Of a stretch of DNA of 64,000 nucleotides, positions 19,957 to 32,345 are shown piece after piece (positions within the stretch are counted from its first letter, which is position 1; each line of letters opens with the position of its first letter). The stretch lies in assembly GCA_963750165.1 (NCBI GenBank), contig CAVVPN010000012.1:32001-96000 (forward strand), read 5' to 3'. Position numbers and translations under genes: made by a program. The notes under the pieces are model-generated. The model did no database searches. It saw nothing but the letters and a program-made list of their open reading frames with translations, and was not told the origin of the DNA. Source of the DNA: an uncultured Gemmataceae bacterium (GTDB taxonomy: Bacteria; Planctomycetota; Planctomycetia; Gemmatales; Gemmataceae).

Positions 19957-21534
19957 GTGGACCGGAAGGCGTGGCCTGAGTTAACGCGGCGGAGCGTGGC
20001 GCGCTGCGCAGTCTGGGCTGGCCTCCTGGCAATCGCTCTGTCCGGGACCAGTCGCGCCCAGCAACCCCCGGTTGCCTATCTCTTGCCGCCCGTGGCCGAA
20101 GCTGCCCCGGCTCCGCCCACGACGCCTCTGCCGCCTGCCGCCCAGGCCGAACCGCAGGACCATACCTTTGCCATCAACCTGGCCACCGCCCTGCACCTGG
20201 CCGGGGTCGCGCCGCTGGACATCGCCCTGGCGGTCGCCCGTGTCCAGGCCGCCGACGCCCAGCTGAGCCGCACCAATGTGCTCTGGCTGCCGACCATCTA
20301 CCTGGGCTCCGACTACGCCCGCTCGGACGGTCAGCTGCAGGCTGTGGCCGGCCAAAGTTTCACCACTAGCAAGAGTTCGCTGCTGCTCGGCGCCGGCCCC
20401 AGTGCCGTGTTCGCCCTCAGCGACGCCATTTTCGCGCCGCTGGCCGCCCGCCGGGTGCGGGCGGCCAGCGAGGCCGGCGTGCAGATCGCGCGCAACGACA
20501 GCCTGCTGGCGGTGGCCGAGGCGTACTTCAACGTGCAGCAGGCGCGCGGCGAACTGATTGCGGCCATCGAGACGGTGCGCCGCACCGAGGAACTGGTCCG
20601 CAAGGCCGATGTGCTGGCCGAGGGCCTGACGTTGCCCGCCGAGGCTGACCGTGCCCGCGCCGAATTGGGGCGGCGCCGGCAGGCGGTGCAGCTGGCCCAG
20701 GAACGCTGGCAGATCGCCAGCGCCGAGTTGACGCGGTTGCTGCGGTTGCAGCCCGGCACCCTGGTTGAGCCGCTGGAGGCGCCGCACCTGACGGTGTCGC
20801 TGCTCGACCTCAACGTGCCGGTGGACGACCTGATCGCTCTGGGGTTGACGCGCCGTCCGGAGCTGGCGGCTGCGCAGGCGCTGGTGCAGGCGACGCTGGC
20901 GCGGCTGCGGCAGGAGCGAATTCGGCCGCTGATCCCGAGCATCCTGCTGCGCGGCAACGGCACCAACCCAGCCGGCACGCTGTCGAGCGGCTACTTCGGG
21001 GGCGGTGTCAACAGCAATCTGTCGAATTTCAGTGCCCGCAACAGCATGGACCTGCAGGTGCTCTGGGAACTGCAAAACCTGGGGCTGGGCAACCTGGCCG
21101 CGGTGCGCGAGCGCGAGGCGGAGAAGCAGGCGGCGACGCTGGAGCTGTGGCGGACGCAGGACCGCATCGCCGCGGAGGTGGTGCAGGCGCACGCCCAGGC
21201 GGCACGGGCGCAGGACCGGCTGCGCCTGGCGGAGGGTGCCGTGCAGTTTGCGGTCGGGACCGCGGACAAGAGTATCGAAGGGCTCAAGGCCCGGCGCGTC
21301 GGCGAGATGCTGGTGCTGGTGGTGCGGCCGCAGGAGGCGGTGGCTGCGGTGCAGGCGCTGGCCCAGGCGTACCTCGATTACTACGGCGCCGTCGGCGACG
21401 TGAACCGGGCACAGTTCCGGTTGTACCGGGCGCTCGGGCAGCCGGCGCAGTGCCTGATTCCGCCGGCGCCGCTCCCGGCCAGCGCCCCGGCTGTCGGCCC
21501 TGCCGGAAATGGCGGCGCCTTCCGTACTCCTTAA
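19957..21534 (+). CDS. TolC-family outer membrane efflux protein
   Basis: Signal peptide, VAEAYFNV, RRPEL, coiled-coil helices, YLDYYGAVGDVNRAQFRLYRALG; first gene of an RND operon. Confidence 0.88.
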   Translation: MDRKAWPELTRRSVARCAVWAGLLAIALSGTSRAQQPPVAYLLPPVAEAAPAPPTTPLPPAAQAEPQDHTFAINLATALHLAGVAPLDIALAVARVQAADAQLSRTNVLWLPTIYLGSDYARSDGQLQAVAGQSFTTSKSSLLLGAGPSAVFALSDAIFAPLAARRVRAASEAGVQIARNDSLLAVAEAYFNVQQARGELIAAIETVRRTEELVRKADVLAEGLTLPAEADRARAELGRRRQAVQLAQERWQIASAELTRLLRLQPGTLVEPLEAPHLTVSLLDLNVPVDDLIALGLTRRPELAAAQALVQATLARLRQERIRPLIPSILLRGNGTNPAGTLSSGYFGGGVNSNLSNFSARNSMDLQVLWELQNLGLGNLAAVREREAEKQAATLELWRTQDRIAAEVVQAHAQAARAQDRLRLAEGAVQFAVGTADKSIEGLKARRVGEMLVLVVRPQEAVAAVQALAQAYLDYYGAVGDVNRAQFRLYRALGQPAQCLIPPAPLPASAPAVGPAGNGGAFRTP

Positions 21535-21647
21535 CGGGTTGATCGCAGCGTTCGGTTGGAGCGCCCGTCTCGACCTGTTATAATCCCCCCTGTCCGCCCC
21601 TTTTTCCTGACCGCTTCCCAGGAAAACCAACGCCGAGGCTGCCGCTG

Positions 21648-24600
21648 ATGAATCCCCTCACATTCGCGCTGCGTCACCCGGTCACCGTGCTGGTGGCGCT
21701 GGTGGCGCTGGTCGGCGGCGGCGTGCTGGCCGTCGCGCGCATGAAGGTCGATATTTTCCCCTCGCTGAACCTGCCCGTCGTCTACGTCGCGCAGCCCTAC
21801 GGCGGTATGGACCCGGCCCAGATGGAAGGGCTGATCGCCAACTATTACGAGTATCATTTCCTGTACATCGGCGGCATCCACCACGTCGAGTCAAAGAACG
21901 TGCAGGGCGTCGCCCTGATGAAGCTGTACTTCCATCCCGGCACCGACATGGCCCAGGCGATGGCCGAGACGGTCGGCTACGTCAACCGTTCACGCGCCTT
22001 CATGCCGCCGGGAACGGTGCCGCCGTTCATCATGCGTTTCGACACCGGCAGCGTACCAGTTGGCTACCTCGTGCTCTCCAGCGAGACGAAATCCATCGGC
22101 GAGATCCAGGACCAGGCCCTGTTCAAGGTGCGGCCGATGTTCGCCAGCATTTCGGGCGTGTCGGCGCCGCCGCCGTTTGGCGGCAGTCAGCGCACCGTCG
22201 TCATCCGCGTCGATCCCGACCTCCTGCGCGCAGGGGGGTCTCGCCGGATGACGTGGTGCAGGCGCTGGCGTCCGGCAACAGCGTCAGCCCATCCGGCAAC
22301 GTCCGCACCACCGACGCGATGCCGCTGGTGCCGGTCGATTCGATGGTGGTGCGGCCGAAGGAACTGGGCACCATCCCGCTGGGCAAAAGCGGCAAGGTGT
22401 TCCTGCGCGACGTGGCCCCGGTGATCGAGGACGCCAGTGACATCGCCACTGGCTACGCGCTGGTCAACGGCAAGCGCGCGGTGTACATCCTGGCGACCCG
22501 GCGCGCGGACGCCTCGACCGTCGCGGTGGTCGATGCCATCAAGGCGAACCTGCCGAAAATGCAGGCTCAGCTGCCCGACGACATCAAGGTCAGCTTCGAG
22601 TTCGACCAGTCGCCGTACGTCACCAATGCCGTGCGCACCGTTGCCATCGAGGCCGTGCTCGGGGCGGTGCTGACCGGGCTGATGGTGCTGCTGTTCCTGC
22701 GCGACTGGCGCAGCGTCATCGTGGTGGTGCTGAACATCCCGCTGGCGCTGACCGGCTCGCTGGTGGCGCTGGCGCTGACGGGCCAGACGATCAACCTAAT
22801 GACGCTGGGCGGCCTGGCGCTGTCGGTGGGCATTCTGGTTGATGAGGCGACGGTGGAGGTCGAGAACATCCACACGCAGATGGAGAAGACAGGCTCGATC
22901 GCGCTGGCGGTGCGGCGCGGCAACGCGGAGACGGCGGTGCCGCGCTTGCTGGCGATGCTGTGCGTGCTGGCGGTGTTCATTCCGTCGTTCTTCATGCAGG
23001 GCTCGGCGCAGGCGCTGTTCGCGCCGCTGGCGCTGGCGGTCGGCTTCGCCATGATCGCGTCGTATCTGCTGTCGAGTTCGTTCGTGCCGGTGCTGTCGGT
23101 CTATCTGCTGCGGCACCAGCAACAACACATCCAGGCGGCGCACGGCCCGTCGCCGTTGGTGCTGTGGTATCAGCGCACGCTGGCCGCGGTCACGGCCCGG
23201 CGCGGCGTGCTTGTGCCGGCGTACCTCGTCGGGACCGTGGCGGTGGTCGTGCTGCTGGGACGGCTGCCCGGTGTGGAAATCTTCCCGCGTGTCGATGCCG
23301 GCCAGTTCCAGTTCCGGCTGCGAGCGCCCGTCGGCACGCGCATCGAGGAAACCGAGGCCGTCGTGCAGGAGGCCCTGCGCTTCATCAAGGACGAGGCTGG
23401 CCCGGATGCCGTGGAGATCAGCGCCGGTTTCGTCGGCGTCGTGCCGTCGAGCTACCCGATCAACACGATCTACCTGTGGACCGGCGGCCCCGAGGAAGCG
23501 CTGATGCGCGTGGCGCTGCGGCACGATTCGGGCGTTGCCGTCGAGGATTTGAAGCGGCGGCTGCGCGAGAAACTGCCGGGCCACTTGCGGGAATGGCTGA
23601 TACAGCGCTGGCTGGCGGAGGGAGTCTCGTCCGCCCGGGTCGAGGAGCGCGTCACGGACCTGCAGCTGTCGTTCGAGCCGGCGGACATCGTCAACGAGGT
23701 GATGAGCTTCGGCTCGCCGACGCCGGTGGAAATCCAGGTCAGCGGCCCCAGGCTGGCCGAGAACAGCGCTCACGCCGAGAAGATTCGCCGCGAGCTGGAG
23801 AAGATCGCGGCGCTGCGCGACCTGCGCACGGTGCCGTCGCTGGAGTACCCGACGCTGTCGGTGCGCATCAACCGCGAGAAGGCCAGCTTCAGCGGCGTCA
23901 CCGCGGACGACGTGGCAAAAGCGCTGGTGGTCGGCACCTCGTCGAGCCGCTTCACGATGCCGAACTACTGGCGCGACCCAAACAGCGGCATCGGCTACCA
24001 GGTGCAGGTGGAAATTCCGCAGCGGCTCATGGGCCGCAAGCTCGACATTGAAATGATCCCGGTGAAGCGCGTCGGCGGGCGGCTGGTGCTGCTGCGCGAC
24101 GTGGCGGACGTGGTCGAGGACACGATGCCGGGCGAGTTCGACCGCTACAACATGCGGCGGCTGGTGAGCCTGACGGCTAACGTTGAGGGCGCGGACCTGG
24201 GCCGGGTCAGCGAGCAGGTCGAGCAGGCCATCCGGGACGCGGGGCCGGCGCCGGCGGGCGTGCTGGTGGACGTGCGCGGTCAGGTGACGCCGCTCCAGGA
24301 ACTGACACGCGGCCTGGCGTTTGGCCTGGGGCTGGCGGTGGCGGTGATTCTGCTGTTGTTGACGGCGTATTTCCAGTCACCGCGGCTGGCGCTGGTGGCG
24401 GTGGCGGCGGTGCCGGCGGTGCTGGCGGGCGTGGTGCTGGCGCTACTGCTGACCGGCACGACATTGAACCTGCAGTCGTTCATGGGCGCGATCATGGCGG
24501 TCGGCGTCGCGGTGGCCAACGCGATCTTGCTGGTGACGTTCGCGGAGCGCCACCGCCGGCAGCAGGGCGGCGCCCTGGCAGCGGCGCTGGCGGGGGCACG

Positions 24601-24883
24601 GGCGCGGCTGCGGCCGATCCTGATGACCAGCGCCGCGATGATCGCGGGCATGGTGCCGATGGCGCTGGGCCTGGGCGAGAGCGGCGATCAGACGGCGCCA
24701 CTGGGCCGGGCGGTGATCGGCGGCCTGGTGGCCTCGACGCTGGCGACGCTGGGCGTGTTACCGGCGGTGTTCGCGCTGGTGATGAGCGGCGCCAGCACAA
24801 AGTCGGCATCGCTGGACGCGCTGGACCCGGCGAGCCCGTATTATGTGCCACACGAGGGCGAGACGCAGCCCGGGGCCGTGTAG
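21648..24883 (+). CDS. RND efflux transporter permease subunit, AcrB/CusA family (frameshift ~22235)
   Basis: [51 protein letters not shown]. Confidence 0.93.
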
Positions 24884-24985
24884 TCTTCGGGTCAGCCGCA
24901 TTTTCGTGGGGCAAGCTGGAAAGCCTGCCCCATGAAAATGCGGTTGAACGAAGGGACCCGATCAGCGAATATGCGAGGGCCTATC

Positions 24986-26314
24986 ATGAAATCCCGAATC
25001 CTCCTGCTGTTCGCGGCGGCGCTGCTGGCCGGTTGCGGCGGTCAGCGGCCGCAGTCCGAGAGCAAGCCCGGCGCGTCCACGGTGGCGAAGGTCCAGAAAG
25101 TTTCGCCACAGCGCAAGGAACTGGTGCGCGTCGTCGAGCAACCAGGAACGGTGCAGGCGTATGAGGAGACGCCGCTGTATGCCCGATTGGCTGGCTATGT
25201 CAAGAAGTTCCACAAGCTCATCGGCGACAAGGTGAATCCGGGCGACGTGCTCGCGGAGATCAGCATCCCCGAACTCGTGGAGGAGTCGAACCAGAAGGAG
25301 CAGCTTGTCAAGCAGGCGCTGGTCGAGGTGGAGCTAGCGCGAAAGAATTTGGCGACGGCCGAGGCCCACGTGACCGCAGTGGCGGCGCAGGTGAAGGTCG
25401 CCGAGTCGGCGTTGACCCGCGCCCAGGCCAGCTACGAGCGCTGGCAGTCCGAGCACCGGCGCATGACCAAATACGTGGCCGACAAGGTGCTTGAACGGCA
25501 AACGCTCGACGAGACGCTCAACCAGTTCAAGGCCGCCGAGGCCACCCGCGACGAGACGCGGGCACAGATCATCGCCACGCAGGCGCTGGAGGCGAAGAGC
25601 GTCGCGGAGAAAAACCGGGCCGAGGTGGACGTGATGCTGGCGCAGGCCCGCGAGCATGTGGCGAAGGCGGAGGCACGGCGCGTTGCGGAGCTGGTCAAGT
25701 ACACGCGCGTGCCGGCGCCGTATGCGGGGGTGGTGACGAAGCGCAACGTGGACACCGGCCATTTCGTGCAGCCGGCGGACAGCGGTCGGGCGGTGCCGCT
25801 GTACACCGTCGTGCGCCGCGACAAGGTGCTGGTCGTCATTTACGTGCCGGAGCTGGACGCCGTCCTGGTGCGCGAGCGGCAGCCCGTGACGGTGACCGTG
25901 CAGGCTCTGGGCGGCCGTGCGTTCCTGGGCACGGTGTCGCGCACGTCGTGGGCGCTGGAGCCGGGCACGCGGACCATGCGAGCCGAGATCGACCTGGAGA
26001 ACCCCCAGGACGAACTGCGGTCGGGCATGTATGTTTACGCGCGTGTGACCACGAAGCTGCCGCCGGCGTGGGTGCTGCCGGCCGCCGCGGTCGTCAAGCA
26101 GGGCGATCAGCTGATGTGCTTCCGCGTGGAGGGCACCAGGGTGGTGCGGACGCCCGTGCAGGTCGGCCACTCCGATGGGGAATCGGTGCAGGTGCTGCGC
26201 TGGCAGAAGACCGCGGCGCCGGTGACATGGGCGGAGTTTTCCGAGGGCATGACCGTTGCGGCGAAGGCGAAGGGGCTGACGGACGGGCAGACGGTCGAGG
26301 TCGCCGGCCGCTGA
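24986..26314 (+). CDS. RND periplasmic adaptor (MFP) lipoprotein
   Basis: Lipobox LLAGC, biotinyl-like GYVKK..GDKV, alpha-hairpin, APYAGVVTKRNV, TRTMRAEIDL. Confidence 0.92.
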   Translation: MKSRILLLFAAALLAGCGGQRPQSESKPGASTVAKVQKVSPQRKELVRVVEQPGTVQAYEETPLYARLAGYVKKFHKLIGDKVNPGDVLAEISIPELVEESNQKEQLVKQALVEVELARKNLATAEAHVTAVAAQVKVAESALTRAQASYERWQSEHRRMTKYVADKVLERQTLDETLNQFKAAEATRDETRAQIIATQALEAKSVAEKNRAEVDVMLAQAREHVAKAEARRVAELVKYTRVPAPYAGVVTKRNVDTGHFVQPADSGRAVPLYTVVRRDKVLVVIYVPELDAVLVRERQPVTVTVQALGGRAFLGTVSRTSWALEPGTRTMRAEIDLENPQDELRSGMYVYARVTTKLPPAWVLPAAAVVKQGDQLMCFRVEGTRVVRTPVQVGHSDGESVQVLRWQKTAAPVTWAEFSEGMTVAAKAKGLTDGQTVEVAGR

Positions 26315-26533
26315 CGGCGGCGCGGCGTGAGGCGTCCTGCTCCCGTAGCTTCACACGCAACACCGCCTCCAGCACATCCGTCTGCCGATAGCCGCGTATT
26401 TTTTGTTTGACAGAGCCGAAAGGTTCGCTACCCTGGCGAATAAACCGTGAGACTTCGTGCGCGTTTGGTCCACATGCCGCGCCGGCTGTTTTTCCCCGTG
26501 AACGCCAACCGCTTTTCACCAGGAGACTCGACC

Positions 26534-28524
26534 ATGGCTCCCCCCTCATGGCTTCAAACGCTGAAGGGCATTCTCGGCAGCCGCCGCCGGTGCGCCGCCC
26601 TCCCTGGACGCTCCTTCGTGCCCCAGCTGCTGGCCCTTGAAGATCGCTGTTTGCCCAGCACCTTCCCAGTCCTGAATCTCAACGACAGCGGCCCCCACTC
26701 CTTGCGGGCGGCCGTCGCCGCCGCCAATGCCAATCCCGGTCCCGACACCATCACGTTCGCGGATCATCTCCACGGCACGATCCGGCTCACGAGCGGCGCA
26801 TTGCCGATCAACGACAGCGTGACCATCAACGGTCCGGGGGCCGACCAGCTGGCCGTCAGCGGCACCAACGCCAGTCGGGTGTTCGAGCTGGCGACGAGCC
26901 TGAATGTGACCATCAGCGGCCTGACGATTACTCACGGGAGTGCCCTCGACCTGGCGGGTGGCATCCTGAACAACGGCAGTAACCTGACCCTCACCAGAGA
27001 TAGCCTGACCCAGAACGTCACCTCTGAAGGCACGACGGATACCAACGGCGCCCAGGGCGGCGGCCTTGCGAGTCTGGGCGGCATCGTGAACATCACCGAC
27101 TGCACGATCACCGACAACCAGGCGCTTGGCGGCGCAGCGCGTCGGCGTCCGGGCAAGCGTATGGTGGCGGCCTGTTCCTTGCCGCGGGCATTGCCACGAT
27201 CCGCAACAGCACATTCATCGGCAACCTGGCACAGGGAGGAGCCAGCAGTTCCGACGGTGAATGCGGCGGTGGAGCCATCAATACCGGCGGTGTCCTGTTC
27301 ACGGACTCCGTGCCGCTGGTTGTGACCAACAGCACCTTCAGTAACAACCTGGCCGTGGCCAGTGCCAACTGTCCTGGCAACGCCGGCGATGGCGGGGCCA
27401 TCAGTTCGGGGATCGGTGGCATTACCATCTCCGGCAGCACCTTCGATCACAATCAGGCTGTCGGTGGCAATGGCGGAGTCAATGAATTCGCGGGAGAGTC
27501 CGAAGGCGGTGCCATCGGTAACTATGGTCCCCTGACCGTCTCCGGCAGCACGTTCGACGGCAACCTGTCCCGCGCCGGCAACGGCGGCCAGGGCGATCCG
27601 GGGGCAGTGGACGTTGATCCCTCCGTGGACGTGAGCTACGGCGGCGCCATTGCCAGCCTGTTCGGCCCCGGCACGGACTACTTCTACTCCAGCCTGAACG
27701 TCACCGGCAGCAGCTTCAGCAACAACAAGGCCATCGGCGGCAATAACGCCACTGCCACGGGGACCGACATTGTCGAGGCCGGAGCGGCCGAGGGCGGTGC
27801 GCTTGGCGATGAGTTCGGCGTGGCGGCGACCATTACCGGCAGCACGTTCAACAACAACCAGGCCATTGGCGGCAACGGCAACAGCTGTAGCGGGCCGGTG
27901 ATCGATGACGGCACCGGCTTCGGCGGCGCGATCCTGTGCGGCTTCGGCGGCGGCTATTACGGGGCAACCACCCTCACCGTCAGCAACAGCACGTTTACCG
28001 GGAACAATGCCACCGGCGGCAACAACAACACCGGCACGGCCGGCACGGCGGGCTTTGTCGGGTCCGGGGTCGGCGCTGGCATTGCGAACTACCTGGGAGG
28101 CGCGGCCAGCGTCAGTGGCAGTGCGTTGGTCCTCGGCGAGGCCAGCGGCGGTCACGGCAACACAGCCAGCGGCACCGGCGTCTTCGCCGGTCTCGGAGCG
28201 GGCGGCGGGATCTTCAATGCCGTGGGGAACTACAACTCTTCGGGCTACGGCCAGTTCAACCCCAGCGTCGTCACCGTCAGCAACAGCCTGATCAGCCTCA
28301 ATCAGGCCGAGGGACAGGGCGGCGGGGCTGGCCTGGGCGGCGGCGCCTACAACGACGCCACCTCTTCGCTGGCGCTGACGAGTTCCCTGGTGACGCTGAA
28401 CCAGGCCGACGGCGCTCCGGGCAGCGGCGGCGGAGTCTACACGCTCGGGACGTTCACCCACGACGCCCAGACCTTCATCATCTTCAACCACGCCAGCACG
28501 AGCGGTGACAACATCGGGATGTGA
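26534..28524 (+). CDS. Secreted beta-helix protein with GGAI/FxxN (Pmp-like) repeats and LEDR motif (frameshift ~27140)
   Basis: AGGAG SD; LLALEDRCLPS; DSGPHSLRAA; repeated STFxxNxAxGG / GGAI. Confidence 0.85.
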
Positions 28525-28985
28525 CGCCCTTCCGTGTCGTTTTCGTTCGTAGTTTCGCCTTCAGAGAGCGTCCAGCTTTCAAGTATTGGTAAATAAGGAG
28601 TTACGGCGAGCCAGGTGGCCCAAAATGGGGGTGGAGGGGTCCGGGAATACCTGAACAAAAAGCCCCATTCCGAGACGTAACCCTCTTGCCGTAAACCCTT
28701 TCCCTGCACCACTTATAAGCTGGACGATCTCTTCAGGCGGTCCTTTGTGCCGGAGCAAGGGACCGCCGGCCACCAGTCGCGCTTGCCCCCGGGGTGGTTT
28801 TCTCTCACGGGGGTGAGATGAAATAACCGCCTGGCAGCACAGGAGTTGCCGTTTCATCTCACGTTTCTTGCACACCCCTATGGGCCAAGTTGCGCCCGCC
28901 CGCGCTGATCCGTGCCGGCTGGCGCCCGGCGTTGCCGGCTTGAAGGTGCCCGCTCGGTCTCGACCGTGCCGGCCAGCGCCCGGCG

Positions 28986-29234
28986 TTACCGGCGCGGGTC
29001 GTTTACGAAAAGAGGCAGGGCTCCGTCCCGGTCGGGCCAGACCACCAGGTGCCAGTGGTTGGGCATGAGCACGTAGGCCAGCAGGCGCATCGCGTGCCGC
29101 TCCCAGGCCTGGCGCAAGACCTTCTCGAAGGCCGCGTAGTCGGCCGGCTTGTGAAACAGCGTGCCCCGGCCCACCGCGCGGTTCAGGACGTGGTAGACGT
29201 AGCCGGCGTCGGCACAACGGAGGCGTCTGGCCAT
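28986..29234 (-). pseudogene. REP-associated tyrosine transposase (RAYT / Y1_Tnp), C-terminally truncated
   Basis: YHVLNRAVGR, AYVLMPNHWHLVV (HUH motif); reading ends after ~70 codons, with no catalytic Tyr region. Confidence 0.88.
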
Positions 29235-29893
29235 GACCGTCGCTTACCCGACCCACCCGCCACTGTCAAAAAGAAAGCTGACCCCTTTTTCTCTTCTCTT
29301 GTTTTCCTCTTCTCCTCTTGACGTTCATTTTTTCTGGATTCTTTCAAGAGCCCTCAAGCACGAACGACGAATAACTTCATCAGTGGATGCGATTCCTTTC
29401 ATTAACGCGGGTACGGCCGCCTTGGCTTCAGGACCGATGCTTCCAAGAGTAATAGCGGCGGCACGCTTCGTCATTACAGACCGGCTCTCCAACAGCTTAA
29501 TGAGTGTCGGCACGGCTGGTTTCGCCTTCCCGCCCATTTCCTCAAGGCCGCTCATTGCGTAATGCTGAGTGGTGTCATCATTCTCTTTCAACAACTGAAT
29601 TAATTCAGACAGGTTTTCCTTTGCTTCAAACCCCAGATTTTTGAGGGCGAATGAACAATACACTCGTACCTCGCCCGACTTGTCTTGTTTCCATGAATTA
29701 GCCAATGCTGAAATAGCAGCCTTATTTCCAATGTGTCCCAGCGCTTGAGCCGCGTACACTCGAATTTGTTGTTCGGGGTCGCGTAAAGAAATGCAAAGCG
29801 CTTCAGTCGCGGCTTTTGTAGATTGGCCGAGGTCTCCCAACGATTGGATCGCGCGAACTCTCACACTCACCTTTGAGTCCCTGACGGACCTAA

Positions 29894-31280
29894 GGCAACG
29901 TTTCAAAATTAATCCGCAGTTCCCTTCTACAATAACCCTGGCCCAACCGGGGGCCTGGTTTGGAAGGGAGGCAGAGCCGTGGACATCCACCAATGCCAAT
30001 GCCCTCACTGCCGACAAGGTGCGGACCACCCCGAACGCGCCCTCCATTACCGGCTCAACCTTCTCCTGAGCCGGTTGGATGAGCACCAACGCCGGTGGTT
30101 GGCAGCCTGGGAGTCCCAGAAGGTCGGCCGCGGCGGCGACCGCCTACTGTCCCTCATCACCGGCCTGAACGTGGAAACCATCCGGCGCGGTCGCCGGGAA
30201 CTCGAGGACTCCCTGCGGGACTGCCCCCCGGATCGCATCCGCCGGCCCGGGGCAGGACGGCCCGCTGTGAAAAAAAAGTGCCGGGCCTCATGAACGCTTT
30301 GAGGCAGCTGGTTGAGGAGCAGACCGCCGGCAGCCCGCAAACCTGTCAGAAGTGGGTGCGCCACAGCGTCGCCTACCTGAGCACGCGGTTGCAAGGCCAA
30401 GGCTTCGCCGTCAGCCCCGCCACGGTCTATCGCCTGTTGGACGACCTGGGCTATTCGCTCAAGGCCAACCGCAAGCGCTTCACCGGCCCGCCTCACCCAG
30501 ACCGGGACCGGCAGTTCGCGTACATCGCCGGGCAGCGGCGCCGCTTCGCCATCCTCGGCCAGCCGGTGATCAGCGTGGACAGCAAGAAAAAGGAGTTGAT
30601 CGGCAACTTCAAGAATGCAGGGCGGCAGTGGTGCCGGTGCGCCACGGAGGTCAACGCCCACGACTTCCTGGACGACGCCTTGGGCCGGGCCGTCCCCTAC
30701 GGGGTCTACGACGTGCGCCAGGACCGCGGCCATGTCTACGTGGGGTTGTCCGCCGACACCGCGGCGTTCGCGGGGGACGTGATCGGCCGGTGGTGGCGCG
30801 GCGAGGGACGGCTGTGGTACCCGCAGGCCGACGAGTTGCTGATCCTGTGCGACGCGGGCGGGAGCAACAGTTGCCGCGTGCGGTTGTGGAAACAGCGCCT
30901 CCAGGAGGAGTTGGCCGACCGCTGGGGGCTGTGGGTGACGGTGTGCCATTACCCGCGGGGGGCGTCGAAGTGGAACCCGGTGGAGCACCGGCTGTTCAGC
31001 CGCATCAGCGTCAACTGGGCGGGGGAGCCGCTGCGAACCGTGGAGACGCTGTTGGCCTGCATCCGGGGCACGGAGACGGACGCCGGTTGGGCGGTACGTG
31101 CGACGTTGCTGGACGCGGAGTACGCGAAGGGGGTCAAGGTGCCGGACGCAGAAATGCAGACGTGGCGCCTCCAAAGGCATGCCGTCTGCCCCAGTTGGAA
31201 TTACACCATCAAGCCACGTTGGACAATATTCTAACATCAGCACCCAGGTGTAAGCTGCGGACTAATTTTGAACGGCTGCC
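29894..31280 (+). mobile_element. ISAzo13-family insertion sequence
   Basis: Imperfect TIRs GGCAACGTTTCAAAATTAATCCGCAG / CTGCGGACTAATTTTGAACGGCTGCC; 3-bp TSD TAA at 29891-29893 and 31281-31283. Confidence 0.9.
29979..31234 (+). CDS. ISAzo13-family transposase (two ORFs joined at an A8 run ~30270)
   Basis: LDEHQRR, RIRRPGAGRP; HPDRDRQF, ISVDSKKKELIGNFKN, DAGGSN, HYPRGASKWNPVEHRLFS. Confidence 0.9.
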
Positions 31281-31845
31281 TAATCAATGCTTCGATGGTT
31301 TCTGGAAAAGGCGGTTGAATGGATGTTAATGACTGTGCAGCAAAACAGCGAACACCCTCGCTTGGGTCAGCGAGCGCTTTGATTAATGCCGTTGCGCGAA
31401 GTTTACTGTATCCTTCAATAGACGCAAGACGCAAGGCAGCCAGCATTCGCTTAGGCTCGTCTTCGCTTTTCAGCATTTTCAGGAGGTTGTCAACGTTAAC
31501 AGACCTTTTTTCGGAATGATCATCAGAAGAAGATTGTTGGATTGAAAAGGAGGTGACATGGAATACCACTGGTTTCCCACAGTCGCACCCCATGAGAATG
31601 TTAGAGCCAACAAGCGAAAAGATGACCGAAACGATATAATGGTTCATCGCTTTCTCCTAACAATGGAGTTGCATTTACCCAAGCAGTTCGCTTAACGCCT
31701 ACCAACACTTCATGGCCGAACCAGGCGGAAATACTGATCCATGCTTTCAAGTATTACTACCTGAGAGGAAAAGGGGTCAGGTTTATTTACGGCTACAAGG
31801 CCGAACATGGATTGGGGCGCTCGCCGCGCCTCGGTTTTCCCAGTT

Positions 31846-31905
31846 TTACGCTGGCCGGCGGCCGCGCAAGACGTGTGTGTCTTGCGCGGCCGCCGGCCAG
31901 CGTAA
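31846..31905. repeat. Perfect 27-bp inverted repeat (REP-like)
   Basis: ttacgctggccggcggccgcgcaagac / gtcttgcgcggccgccggccagcgtaa. Confidence 0.8.
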
Positions 31906-32345
31906 CCGCCCCCTTTTCGGATTGCAAGTAAGAAACGCCGGGGAAACGACAAGCCACCCGGACAGTCTTAAATTGGTGACGAGAAGTCTCCGCATGCTCC
32001 GCGCGTCTGCACGTCGCCGCAGGCCGCGGCCAGCGCCGCGACGTGCGCCGGCGTCGTGCCGCAGCAACCGCCGCCCAGCACCGCCCCCGCCCGCACCACC
32101 TCCGGTAACCAGTCCGCCAGCTGCCCCGGTGTCAGCTGTGCCTAATTCGGACCATCGGCGGCGGAACTGTCAGACTTGGTTGGCGTATGCCTCCGCCGGG
32201 TGCCATGCTTTCACGGCCCACCTGCGCCGGAAGGGTTGCTCGTCACTCCCAGGGCGCGAAAGCATGCCGCCTGAATTTTTTCCCCGAACTTGCGTCTCTA
32301 ACCTTGTTAAAGCCGCCGAAGTAGACCGTCTTGGGGCGTGGCGGC

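Larger units (their letters stand above)
29325..31647 (-). pseudogene. Low-GC HEAT-repeat protein (~310 aa reconstructed) interrupted by IS
   Basis: Removing 29894-31280 and one TAA rejoins ...PETIEALI|RSVRDSKVSVRVRAIQSLG... in frame; HEAT repeats AVPTLIKLL, AAITLGSIGPEAKAAVPAL. Confidence 0.88.

Noticed and set aside
28910..28993. Two ~30-bp direct repeats next to the RAYT remnant as a mini-CRISPR
   Set aside because: Only two imperfect GC-rich copies, with no leader or cas genes.
31910..32340. Pro-rich ORF 31712..32389
   Set aside because: It spans a palindrome and low-complexity sequence, with no SD, no motif and no codon bias.
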